Shown piece after piece: positions 1-10,336 of a DNA stretch of 64,000 bases. The position numbers and the translations under genes were made by a program. Location of the stretch: the NCBI RefSeq assembly GCF_964204645.1, contig NC_134032.1:6436275-6500274 (forward strand), given 5' to 3'. Each line of letters begins with the position of its first letter. The first letter of the stretch is position 1. The notes below the pieces were generated by a model. That model had not been told where the DNA came from and did not search any database. It saw nothing but the letters and a program-made list of their open reading frames with translations. The stretch comes from Tubulanus polymorphus. Lineage: Eukaryota > Animalia > Nemertea.

Positions 1-1154
1 ATCTCGACTGGACGTCCGAGTTCTGCACTGCGCAGACGGATAACGACTGGGTTGTCGTCAGGACTTGAGCGACGTGAGTCTTCCCCATCCCCGGGGTCAC
101 GTCGCCAAATATCGCAGTTATCAAACGAAGCTGAACATCCATCGTTCTTCAAATGTTGATGGTCACGATCGTTCGAGGTTAAGGTCAAATGATCCTTGCG
201 TTGATCGTAATTCGCTGACCCTTGTTTTTCACAACTTGCTGATCGCGACTTTTCGTTATTAGGTGATCGCAACATTTCCGTACTTCTATCGTAATTTGTT
301 GATTGTGGCATTTTGTTACTAACTGATCGCGACATTTCCATACCTGTATCGTAAGTTGTGTCATGAGCTGGTTGTGACATTTCCAATTTTCTATCGTAAT
401 TTGACGATCGCATCATTTCCACACCTCTATCATAACCTGTAGATCGCAACTCGACCCCTCTATTGTAACTTGCTGGTTGAGACATTTCATAACTCGTTGA
501 TTGCAATATTTTGTTATTTGCGGATCGCGACATTTCGGGACTTTTAAGGTAACTTGCTGAATGCGACATTTTTGTGCCTTTATCATAACTAGCTGATCTC
601 TGCGTTTCATAATTTCCAGAAAGCAGCATCTCGTAATTCGCTGGTCGCGACATTTCAGGGCCCATATCGTAACTTGTCGAACCTTGCTTTCCAGTTCCTT
701 TATCATAACTTGCCGAAAGCGACATTTCATAATTTCCAAAATGCGACATCTCGTAATTTGCTGACCTTGAAGGCTCAGAAGTTGCTGATTGCGACATTGT
801 TTCAGTAAATCTAACACGATCCAACGGCGACCTACTGCGTCCGCCTCCCAACCATGAACCGTCATACGACGACAACATTTCGATGGAACGTCCGCGTAAT
901 GGCTCACTGTGACGAGTCACTGACGAAAATTCAGGATTTCGATGATCGACGATAAAACGATTACCGGTATTTCGCGACGGGTATTCCCCGTCTCTGGCAT
1001 GGCCTGACGATCCATCATTACAGGCGCGTAGCAGCATTTCTTGGTGTCGCGCATCAAAATTTGATCGTTGATTATTGGGAGCGTTTGTGAGAATATTTGA
1101 ACCACCGAATGGATGAGCACGATAGCGCCCATCGGCTGGTCTTCTATAAGCCAT
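1..1154 (-). CDS. Partial CDS (first coding exon, 384+ codons, continues beyond the left edge); low-complexity protein with S-x-[NS]-Y-[DE]...E-M-S-R-S repeats
   Basis: Manual translation finds no stop from ATG at 1154 (context AATATGG) to base 1: MAYRRPADGRYRAHPFGG...SANYEMSHFGNYEMSLSASYDKG...LGRPVE. Pyrimidine-rich tract and AG just upstream of the ATG. Probably missing from the ORF track because its stop lies outside the window. Confidence 0.75.
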   Translation of the reverse strand, partial: MAYRRPADGRYRAHPFGGSNILTNAPNNQRSNFDARHQEMLLRACNDGSSGHARDGEYPSRNTGNRFIVDHRNPEFSSVTRHSEPLRGRSIEMLSSYDGSWLGGGRSRSPLDRVRFTETMSQSATSEPSRSANYEMSHFGNYEMSLSASYDKGTGKQGSTSYDMGPEMSRPANYEMLLSGNYETQRSASYDKGTKMSHSASYLKSPEMSRSANNKILQSTSYEMSQPASYNRGVELRSTGYDRGVEMMRSSNYDRKLEMSQPAHDTTYDTGMEMSRSVSNKMPQSTNYDRSTEMLRSPNNEKSRSASCEKQGSANYDQRKDHLTLTSNDRDHQHLKNDGCSASFDNCDIWRRDPGDGEDSRRSSPDDNPVVIRLRSAELGRPVE

Positions 1155-1334
1155 ATTTACTTAATGAAATGCAGACAAAATATGTCAAAAATACAAAACC
1201 TATGGAATTTTGAAAACTTCTTGCCAATCTATTTCTATTAGTAGGTTTCCTATGGTTTTTGAATTATGTTGTAAATTCTAAAATTTCAGTAAGTTAAACC
1301 AGTAACTGCGTAATACAAAAGCAAAAAATCATAA

Positions 1335-1575
1335 TTCAGTAGGTCATTTAATCAGTTAGTAAGTTAGGCAGTTAGCTAGGCAGGCAGTCAGTCATTCAGT
1401 AAAGGCTATCAGTCAGGTAGGCAGACAAGCAGTCAATCAATCAGGTAGTCAGTCATTCAGCCAGGCAGTGAATGAGTCAGGCAGTAAATTTGGCAGTCGG
1501 TCAGTCAGATAGCTATCAGTCAGTCAGTCACTGAAAACTGTCAGAGAATCAAGTCACTCAGTCAATCAGTAAGTC
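1335..1575. repeat. Degenerate (CAGT/CAGG)n microsatellite
   Basis: Runs such as cagtcagtcagtca and aggcagtcagtc. Confidence 0.8.
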
Positions 1576-2169
1576 GGACTGTATGAACACTGTCGGCGAT
1601 CTGGAAAATGACGAAAAAAGTTACGAAAATACGTTTTTAAAACATTCATTTCATGGAACAATACAATATATGATAATGTAGTTATGAAATGAGGGAAAAT
1701 GTTATAAATTGAGATATAACGAAAACAAGTGCGAATTATGATGAAATTATTCCGCTACAAGAACAACAATGATAAGCAACAATTGATAAGTAAACAATTA
1801 TAGGAACGATTCAAATGATAGGATTCAATATCGATAACGACAGATGATATAATGATAAGTTTCACGGATGAAAAAGAAGATGACATGGAAGAAACTATTG
1901 GAATGTAAATGATAATGAAATAAATGATAATGACAGATGACAATATGCGTAGGATGTAGTTAGTTCTGTTATATACTACACTCACACAGTGTACAAAGTA
2001 AGAAAAAATATAATATTACAAATAATGAATAGACAATATTATCAGTTCAAGATATCATACTAGGAGTGACCATAGTAACAACAAGAAAGGCACCAAAAAT
2101 AAAATCTCCTATATCTGTGCTCTATCTATTCTTCTTAACTGACGCTTTCTGTGGGACACATAACTTAAA

Positions 2170-2750
2170 TTATTGCTCAGGGATATTACAGATCACCGAA
2201 TCCAAAACTCCCTGATATTTCCGTTACCATTGACAAAATTTTGCAGATTAAATCATAAGATATGCTTAGTGAGGGCTGTTTCTTATCGAAGGGTTCATTT
2301 TGCCAATCCTCACCAGAAGACAAGACACAAAAATATTCAAATTCTCCGATTAGTTTATAAGATATCCCCAGTGAGGGTTGTTTATTACCAAGAGGTTCCT
2401 TGTGTATTGTCAGTAGCAAGAAGAAGATACCAAAAATTCAAATCCCCGATCGAATTACAAGATATAACCAGTGAGGGCTGTTTCTTATCAAGAGGTTCCT
2501 TGTGCCTCCCGTTCACCAGCAAAAACAACAGAACACCAAAAATTCAAATAGATATCCTCAGTGCGGGCTGTTTCTTATCAAGATTTTCTAATTTTGTGCC
2601 ACTTGTCAACAGCAAGAACAAGATACCAAAAATTCTAATTCCCTCATTAGATTATAAGATATCCTAAGTAGGGGCTGTTTCTTATCACGAGGTTCCTTGT
2701 GCCACTCGTCACCAGCAAGAAAAAGAAGACAAAAAATTCGAATTCTCAGG
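2170..2750. repeat. Degenerate tandem repeat, unit about 100 bp, about 5 copies
   Basis: Core GTGAGGGCTGTTTCTTATC..GAGGTTCCTTG recurs near 2269, 2371, 2471, 2561 and 2668. Confidence 0.8.
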
Positions 2751-3968
2751 AACATTCCTATTTCAGAACATTGATCATTTGTCCTTTTGCTTATCTCGAA
2801 CAAGGCAGAGGTTTAATCTAACACATGGAAATTTGCGATATTGGTAATTTTTCATTGGGCCATTGCGCACGTAGTCAATGATATAGTGATTGACAAGTAA
2901 ATAATGCATACAGGTCATAGGCCTATGTCAACCTAAATCATTGCCCAAGGTAAATGAAATCAGAAATCTTAGTTAGATGACTGAAAATCAGGGGAAAGGT
3001 TAATCGTGAATTTGGAGTGGCACAAGAAACAGGCTCCACTGAGGATGTAGATATCTTAGAGCCGCAAATCACATTAAAACTAGTTAGACTGGTCCAAACT
3101 TGGAATAGACCAAATCGGTGAGCATTCATATAGGCATAGCTAAATTGGCTACGGAGAGTTATGACTCTCCTTTGTGACAAGCAAGACGTCGCCATGACTG
3201 CTTTAACCCGAGATTCATATCTAAATGATGGATTTCAGAGACCCTGGCTGTTATTATTCTTAAAATTTTGCAGTTATCATGTTATATCTTTTAACATCAA
3301 TCTATGGTAAATTGTAGAACATTATCTAAACAATTGAAACAGCTAATCGTCGAGCCACACATTCATGCTATAGACAGATTTTAACATAAATGATGAACCG
3401 TTAGCATATTCATTATTGCCTAGGTAATATAGAAATTATATGATCTGAAAACTAATATTAATCAGCTTGATGACAAATTGGTGACACGTAGGCCCTATCA
3501 ATTGAAATCATAGTACAGAGTACAATCAAGAATGGCTCTGGGACCAGTTTCTGTTCACACACGCACACAAAAAGAATTAGTCCATTCCAAAATTGGGAAA
3601 CAGCCTGGTTCGCTCTTTTAGTTAGTAATTTTTCTGTTTCAATTGTGAAGGCTTGGTCCAATTGGCACGGGCCAAATTAAGACTGGTCTAAAGAACGTCG
3701 TCTGAACGCACCGTAGGATTTAACCAGGGAATCTTTGGTGAAGGATCAGGTAAATTATTAATTTTGGATTACCTGATCTGGAAGAACCTTGATATCACCT
3801 CATCAGGTGAAATGCAAGTATACGAAATGAATAAAACTACAGATACATATTATGGGTTATCACAATTACCAGTGCTAAATTCTAAGCTAATTACAAACAA
3901 GTGTTCAAAATAACAAAAAAATTATCTAAATATGTTTAGAATAAAAGAGCCATATTAAAATAGTTCTA

Positions 3969-4022
3969 TTTCACCTGATGAGGGCCTACGATCCCGAAAA
4001 TGTTTAGGCTTATGGCAATAAA
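3969..4022 (+). ncRNA. Degenerate Penelope-type minimal hammerhead ribozyme motif
   Basis: CTGATGA (3975-3981), GGG/CCC stem II, GAAA (3996-3999), then AATAAA; a 16-bp inverted copy of the core lies at 3798-3813. Stem I is poor. Confidence 0.45.
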
Positions 4023-4547
4023 TTGTTTCAGACTCATTAAAAATTGACGATTCAGATCATATTTCCAAAAAAACACATTTTAGGTCTACTATACTGCGTT
4101 TTTATGGCAATTGCTCATCCGAATTCAGAGACATCGTGAATGCATTTTCAAGGCAATTTTTACAAGTTCTAAATACAGTAACCTGAAGGACCCGGGGTTC
4201 ATAGCCTCAATGAGGGATCTGGTTCCAGGACTTTCTATGACATTTTTTGGCCCAATTCCATGATACGATTAGTCAAATTTCATGACTTGTTGTCAAGAAA
4301 CTGCGCTAAATAAGAAATTATCATCATTATCAACAACAAATGTTCATATTGGTCAGACCATCCTCGAAACCTATTAGGCCTACACATTTCCAATATTACA
4401 TTTCTTTACTAAGAACTGAAAAAGACAGAATCGATACAAAAAGAAAGAGATATACTAGAGGCTATACTTGACAGCACAATGGCTACTAATTCTATAAGGA
4501 GTACAGTGGTTTCCGCTGCATCAATACGGTCACACGCAAAAGCTAAG

Positions 4548-5251
4548 GCGTTTCATCCCTTGTTATTTATATATAGTAAGGCGTTGCGACCGCTTGATAA
4601 TGATCCTTAACGACCAATTGTTTATTGGAATTTTATAGCGGATAAATAAACAATATCAACACTAGGTATTTCCGTGATATTTTGAATTTATTTGCATTTC
4701 ATGTTTATGCAGATGTTTATTAATGACCTGAACCCCCCTGGTGAGGCATTCGACAGACATACGATCAATACGATGTCCATACGATGCTATTTGCCTGTCG
4801 TACATGAATCAATTCATTATCGTTTTTTAATAGACTGCCTAAAGAAACGGATTTTTGAACTTCCGTATCAATGATGTATCTCCGTGCTGACGGAATATTA
4901 ATGAAATTGAACAAACGGCGAATAAATGTCGGACTCTCAACGAACCCATATTCTGATTGCTATTATTCAATCGGATGAAAGATGACATCATCTCAATCCA
5001 TATGTGTATTAGACTGGTTGCAGGCCTCGAAATTAATTGCGGCAACATTTGCTGTTGGTTACACAACCACTGCTGCTGGTTGGTCCCCTTACCGGCGGCA
5101 ATGAAATACCGTCAGTAAATATGTTTCTACTATTGCCGTAGGTGATATAAAGGTAGGTTTAGGTCATTCATTGACGCCTGCATTAGCGCCATTATCGTGA
5201 GATTATCAACAAACCGGAAATAAGATCCAAGCCAGTTAACAAGCCCCCGTG
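4548..5251. mobile_element. Partial copy of the same CAC...GTG MITE family as 7975-8391
   Basis: 4548-4697 resembles 8162-8315; ends GATTATCAACAAACCGGAAATAAGATCCAAGCC...CCCCCGTG like the right terminus of the other copy. Confidence 0.65.
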
Positions 5252-5436
5252 GTCGTGACAAACATCATAGCAATGTCTCCGAACAGCATATCATAAGCAT
5301 ATGCCAAGTAAACTATCCCTGATAAATGAAAATGAATCGATAAGGAATAAATAAATATGCTATATTTCATTTCATCTCGGTTCATCTCGGTAAAATACGT
5401 CATCTCGGTAATAAGGATGACCCTCTATATAGGCTA

Positions 5437-6223
5437 GGCCTAAAGTCTATTTATTTTTGATTGTCCACAGTCTTTTTGGGATATTTCGCTTAATTTTGAG
5501 TGTGCATACCTCAAATAGGTCTTAATCGAATCAGTAGAGCTGTGCAGTCCAGATAAATCATCGTTTTTATATCCATTTTGGACTGTTTAGAAGGATTGAT
5601 GAATATTCTCGAAAATTGAGGTTTAAATCGGCGAGAAAGACCGCCATTTTGTTCGTTGTTGCTTATTTCTTTATGGAAATGAGGCATTGCACACATGCGC
5701 AATGAGGCGAGGATGCGTCAATTATACCATGGGGATGTAGCAGCTTCTTATCGCCAAGAGACCAATCAACGACTCACAATATTACTCTAGAAAGCCGTTT
5801 TAGTGAATAAAGATGGCTTTGTCAAAGGTATCAAAACAATGTGGTTTGGCAATGATTTAGGCCTATGATAGCGCAACCATTACGGCCGTAGGGGCCTACC
5901 CACGTAGTGAAACACGTGCGAGCAACGTACTCTCCCCATAAAAAATAAACTTACCCAGATCACATGGAACACACTGCTCATTTGCATAAAGAAGTGAACA
6001 AACTGGAACCAAATGGTGGTCTTTCTCGCCGATTTAAAGCTCAACTTTCGAGAATATTCATCAATCCTTCCACTCGGTACAAAATGGATATAAAAACGAT
6101 GATTTTTCTGGACTGCACAACTCTACTGATTCGATTAAGACCTATTTGAGGTATGCACACCCAAAATTAAGCATAATATCACAAAAAGATCGTGGACAAT
6201 CAAAAATAAATAGACACTATGCC
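5437..6223. mobile_element. Non-autonomous DNA transposon with about 250-bp imperfect TIRs
   Basis: 5444-5690 is the reverse complement of about 5980-6216; this also explains the twin ORFs 5511..5702(-) and 5964..6149(+). Confidence 0.75.
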
Positions 6224-7974
6224 ATACGTCCATCTCATGGTAGTAGCTAGTAGTAGCTATCACTTACGATTTTTTAGCTTGATGGGGGCCCCCAGGAGTC
6301 CAACTGGGCAGGGAATCAAAATCAATGACATCTTGCAAATCAAAACTTGAATTATATTTGCCCTAAACACTGCAAAGTTGAATGAATTAAGACTTCAGAA
6401 CAAGTCGTCAAGTGTGTAAGTAAAAGTATAGAAAAGGTCGATAAAAAATGATTGATCGACGGAGTGGCTTTCTATTCTATCTAGCTAGGCTTACCATCTC
6501 GCGTCCCGTCGAATCAAACCGGTTCAGCAAGGGATCGGTGTTGATCTGAAGGTTATCTCAATTCGGACAATGAATCAGCGAATATCTTCTCCAGAATCCT
6601 CATAAAAACCACCACGGCAAACATCACATGAGCTCTCAATCAATCAATCAATCCGCTTTATTGATGACTCCCGAAAATACTTCCGGGTTTCCCAATTCAA
6701 TTCAATTTGCTCAATCTTTATTGTGTTATTGATATATTATCGATGTTCATGTATACGAGTGTGTAATCAAAATTTGCTATCAACGGATGAAATAATAATG
6801 ATTTTGATAAAATTAAGATTGAAAATAATGACCGACAACGACCGGCCCACAACGACCACGAACGTGAATCACAAGTGATGAGTACCGGGTGACTCCGACA
6901 ATATCGAATACAGGCCTAACTTCACCGAGACTCGGTGTCAAAAGAGACTGGTTCATGGTCTCTACTGTAACGGATTCCGTAGCGGGCACGGTACCCCAAG
7001 TTGCTTCTTCGTAATATGTGGATTTCGCGGGGGACAAGGCAACACCTGCTCCGCCTCTACCCAACTTACGGCCCGGATCCGCTCGGGGCCACCCCTATCT
7101 CTTCGTGTCTCACCGTTGGTGGGTACGTACGGGTCCGCTCGTCCTCCTCTCGCCTGGGACGAGTAATTCAGCTATGAAAATATCCGCGCTAATAAGAGGC
7201 GTCTCGAACAACTGGTTTGAAAACTATTTGAAGAATAGAAAACAATTCCTTCAAATTCACTGAAAATTATAAATCTTCAATGTGTACCGTTTAAAACTGG
7301 AGTACCCCAAGGATCACTTAGATCCCTCAGATTTTTATTATATGTAAATGACTGTATTAAATTTTCCTATCTGTTTAACCTCATATTGTTTAATGATGAC
7401 ACGCATGCTTTTTATAGTGACAACAATTTAGACGGATTAGTACTACTGTAAATATTGAATTAAAATTGTATACCTGTTGTTATTAATGTAAAGAAGACAT
7501 CATTTAGTGTTCAGTTATCTCTTGAAACATAACTTGGGAATACTAATTAATAACATAGAGAAATAAGCCAATGTCACAAATTTTCTTGGCATTCTTATTT
7601 ACCTGGTACGATCAAATAAAATCAGTCGAAAAAATATTTCTCGAAACATTGGTATAACAGGCTCCCAGTAAGTTCACTTCGTACCCTTTATCTATCGCTT
7701 ATCGATTCTTGCCTGCAGTATTATAATGTAGTTCGGGGACGAAATTTCGAAAATAAATTACAGCCATTAAATGTATTGCAAAAAAGTGTTATAAGCATTT
7801 CTAATTCCTATTATTTGGCACACACTGACCCTATATTCAAACAGTTTAATATCCTCAAGCTCAAAGATATTAATAAACTTCGGCTAGGTACTCATACAAA
7901 TTCGTCCACTCTGAATTACTGAAATCATTCGAAAATCATTGGAGCCAAAATTTTCAAATCCACAGTCATAATAC

Positions 7975-8391
7975 CACAGGGGTTTGGCGATGGGCTTGGA
8001 TTTTATTTCCGGGTTGTTGATAATCTCGCGAGAATGGCGCTAAATATGAACTGCGAATAAATTCAAAATATCATGGAAATACATTGTGTTTATATTGTTT
8101 ATTTATCCGCTATAAAGTTCCGATAAACAATTGGTCGTTTCTGGCTGGCACGACTTGAACTGCGTTTCATCCCTTGTGATTTGATATAGTACCGGTAAAG
8201 CGTGACGACCGTCTGATAATGATTCTTAACGAACAATTGTTTATCGGAACTTTATAGCGGATAAATAAACAATATAAACACAAGGTATTTCCATGATATT
8301 TTGAATTTATTCGCAGTTCATATTTTGCGCCATTCCCGCGAAATTATCAACAACCCGGAATAAAATCCAAGCCCATCGCCAAACCCCTGTG
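7975..8391. mobile_element. Palindromic MITE with CACAGGGG...CCCCTGTG termini and a 5-bp TSD (Transib-like)
   Basis: About 165-bp TIRs; flanks AATAC (7970-7974) and CATAC (8392-8396); removing it restores the LINE frame H-N-T-R. Confidence 0.85.
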
Positions 8392-8872
8392 CATACGCGT
8401 CGACGTCAAGATTTACAAACACTATCTTACAATAGTCAAAGAAGAAAATTTTCAGTAAAAATATCCGGCCCTTTACTTTGCAATAACATCATTGACAATC
8501 TAAAAAACTGGAAAAATTCAAAACTGTTTCTGAGAAATTATAGAAAACAGCCAAGCGCTCGATTACGATAGTTATCCTTAAAACAGAAGTTATAGTTATT
8601 GAAGTATTACAGAAAACAACTGGCTTATCAAATGATTACATCTTAATCAAGCAGTTATCATAGATTATGAGTGCATTTTGTGTGTTGAGGGTTGGCTGTA
8701 AGCGTGTTTATTTTCTTTATTGCATATCTCTTTTTTCTTCTTCACTTTTCTCTTTTAAGGGACCTGTTTTATATATACTATTTCTTAGTTTCTACAGACC
8801 CCTCCTAGTCTATTTTAATGTATTTTGTATTATGCTTTTGTACACTATGCTGTAAATTATGAAAAGTAAAGC

Positions 8873-8941
8873 GTTCGTTCGTTCGTTCGTTCGTTCGTTC
8901 GTTCGTTCGTTCGTTCGTTCGTTCGTTCGTTCGTTCGTTCG
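8873..8941. repeat. (GTTC)n microsatellite, about 17 units
   Basis: Perfect gttc run. Confidence 0.97.
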
Positions 8942-9069
8942 TGCCTTCGCGCAGACGGGAGGGTTCTTACATTTTGATTAGCTGGTAAGCGGAACTGATG
9001 CTCGAATTAGCGTTTAATTACGTTGTTTGATCTTTATCTAATCTTTTCTTGCACGGACAGCCCGAGTGA

Positions 9070-9270
9070 ACGGTTTTTGTTATCCAAACTCGCGCGCTGC
9101 CTCCTTTTATAGCCCGCGGTTGTCCCCGCCACGCTCTCATTGGCAAGAACAAAAGCCCGGGTACACGTGATTTGTCACGCGTGCCACATGACTTCGAGGT
9201 TGGCTGGGTTCCAGCGACAATGAGGGCGGAACCGGGTAACCGCACGCCAGCTGCAAGGTCGCCGCGGACA
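9070..9270 (-). promoter_or_regulatory. Candidate Pol II promoter on the minus strand
   Basis: CpG-rich patch with TATAAAAG (9104-9111, minus), GC box (9124-9130), CCAAT (9139-9143, minus), CACGTG (9164-9169), CACGCG and CACATG, in canonical order. Confidence 0.55.
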
Positions 9271-9544
9271 CAAGGAAAGACATCAATAAGCGATATCGCT
9301 TATTAAGGTCTATTTTACTTATCTATGATAAATTATAGATAAGTTGAATAAGTAGAAAGGATTCGAACCCTCTGTACTTGCCTAGCATTTTCTCCAACTA
9401 TTCCCTTTGTTTATATTCTACAAGGAGACGAGGGTGGCAGTTTTTCAGAGACTCGATCCATATAAAAGGTTATGTGGACTGAACCAATAAGCATGTTGGC
9501 TGATAAAGGACCAAATGAATTAATTTTTACACGACTTCGATTAT

Positions 9545-9686
9545 AGAAAAACGCAAAACGAAACCTATAGAGCAAAAACGAAAACTTCGTTTTTGCTACT
9601 GCGCAAAAACGAAAATATTCGTTTTTGCTCTATGACTTTTCGTTTTTGCTCCATGATATTCGTTTTGCGCCCTAGCAAAAACGAAC
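9545..9686. repeat. Array of GCAAAAACGAA motifs in both orientations
   Basis: gcaaaaacgaa and ttcgtttttgc alternate about 8 times. Confidence 0.8.
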
Positions 9687-9937
9687 TTGACATGGTATTA
9701 AAATTCGGTTGTCCGGGTGACCATGTATATTCGTTATTGTTGTTGATTGGTGCGTTTTCACGTAGCAGGAAAAAGTCGCAGTTAAAGGTTAGCTGGAAAC
9801 CGCTCGTGAAAACCAGCCTTGCTGTAACACGATGATCTTTTGATTAAAGACAAGCCCGTCTTTACCAGTCTCTATTATTGGTTTCATGATAAAATCTGGA
9901 ACCAAGACGTTGCATCACCTTAGTTCAAAGAAATGGC

Positions 9938-10142
9938 TGTCATACGGAAAATGACCTGGGACTGTAGATCCTCCAAAGGCAGAAAAATAACTCCAACACA
10001 GCTAGATACAAACGAAAAACTGAACCCCACTTTATTGCAGGAAAAGGTTTATATACACAATAATATACATGGTTGATCACCCGTGAAACTGTGATCGGTG
10101 AAATATAACACGTTACATAATACACGCTAGTACTGCGTGACA
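9938..10142 (-). repeat. 3' LTR of the BEL/Pao element
   Basis: Identical by eye to 15807-16011. Confidence 0.97.
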
Positions 10143-10336
10143 CTCCCACCACAGCAGATAAGTTTAAAGATAAATCGTACATAGAATCATACAAAATAGA
10201 AATAGAAGTTCGTATAACAAATATCTCAATGTACGAAATTACAAACAATTTACATATTATTATAATGAACAATTGATTTAACAATCAAACTATTTACATG
10301 TAATTGTAATATAATCTTAATAGAACTGAGACTAAT

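Larger units (their letters stand above)
7190..8941 (+). mobile_element. 5'-truncated, degenerate CR1/L2-group LINE with a (GTTC)n tail
   Basis: RT remnants IRGVSNNWFENYLKNRKQF, GVPQGS, LLYVND, xDDT and IHSHNTR with frameshifts; T-rich 3' UTR followed by a microsatellite tail. Confidence 0.8.

Noticed and set aside
413-1132. Track ORFs 413..907 and 917..1132
   Set aside because: They are alternative frames overlapping the longer open frame 1..1154 on the same strand.
9345-9385. tRNA gene suggested by a B box (GGTTCGAATCC, minus strand); likewise near 20326 and 29343
   Set aside because: No acceptor stem or cloverleaf can be built; more likely SINE remnants.
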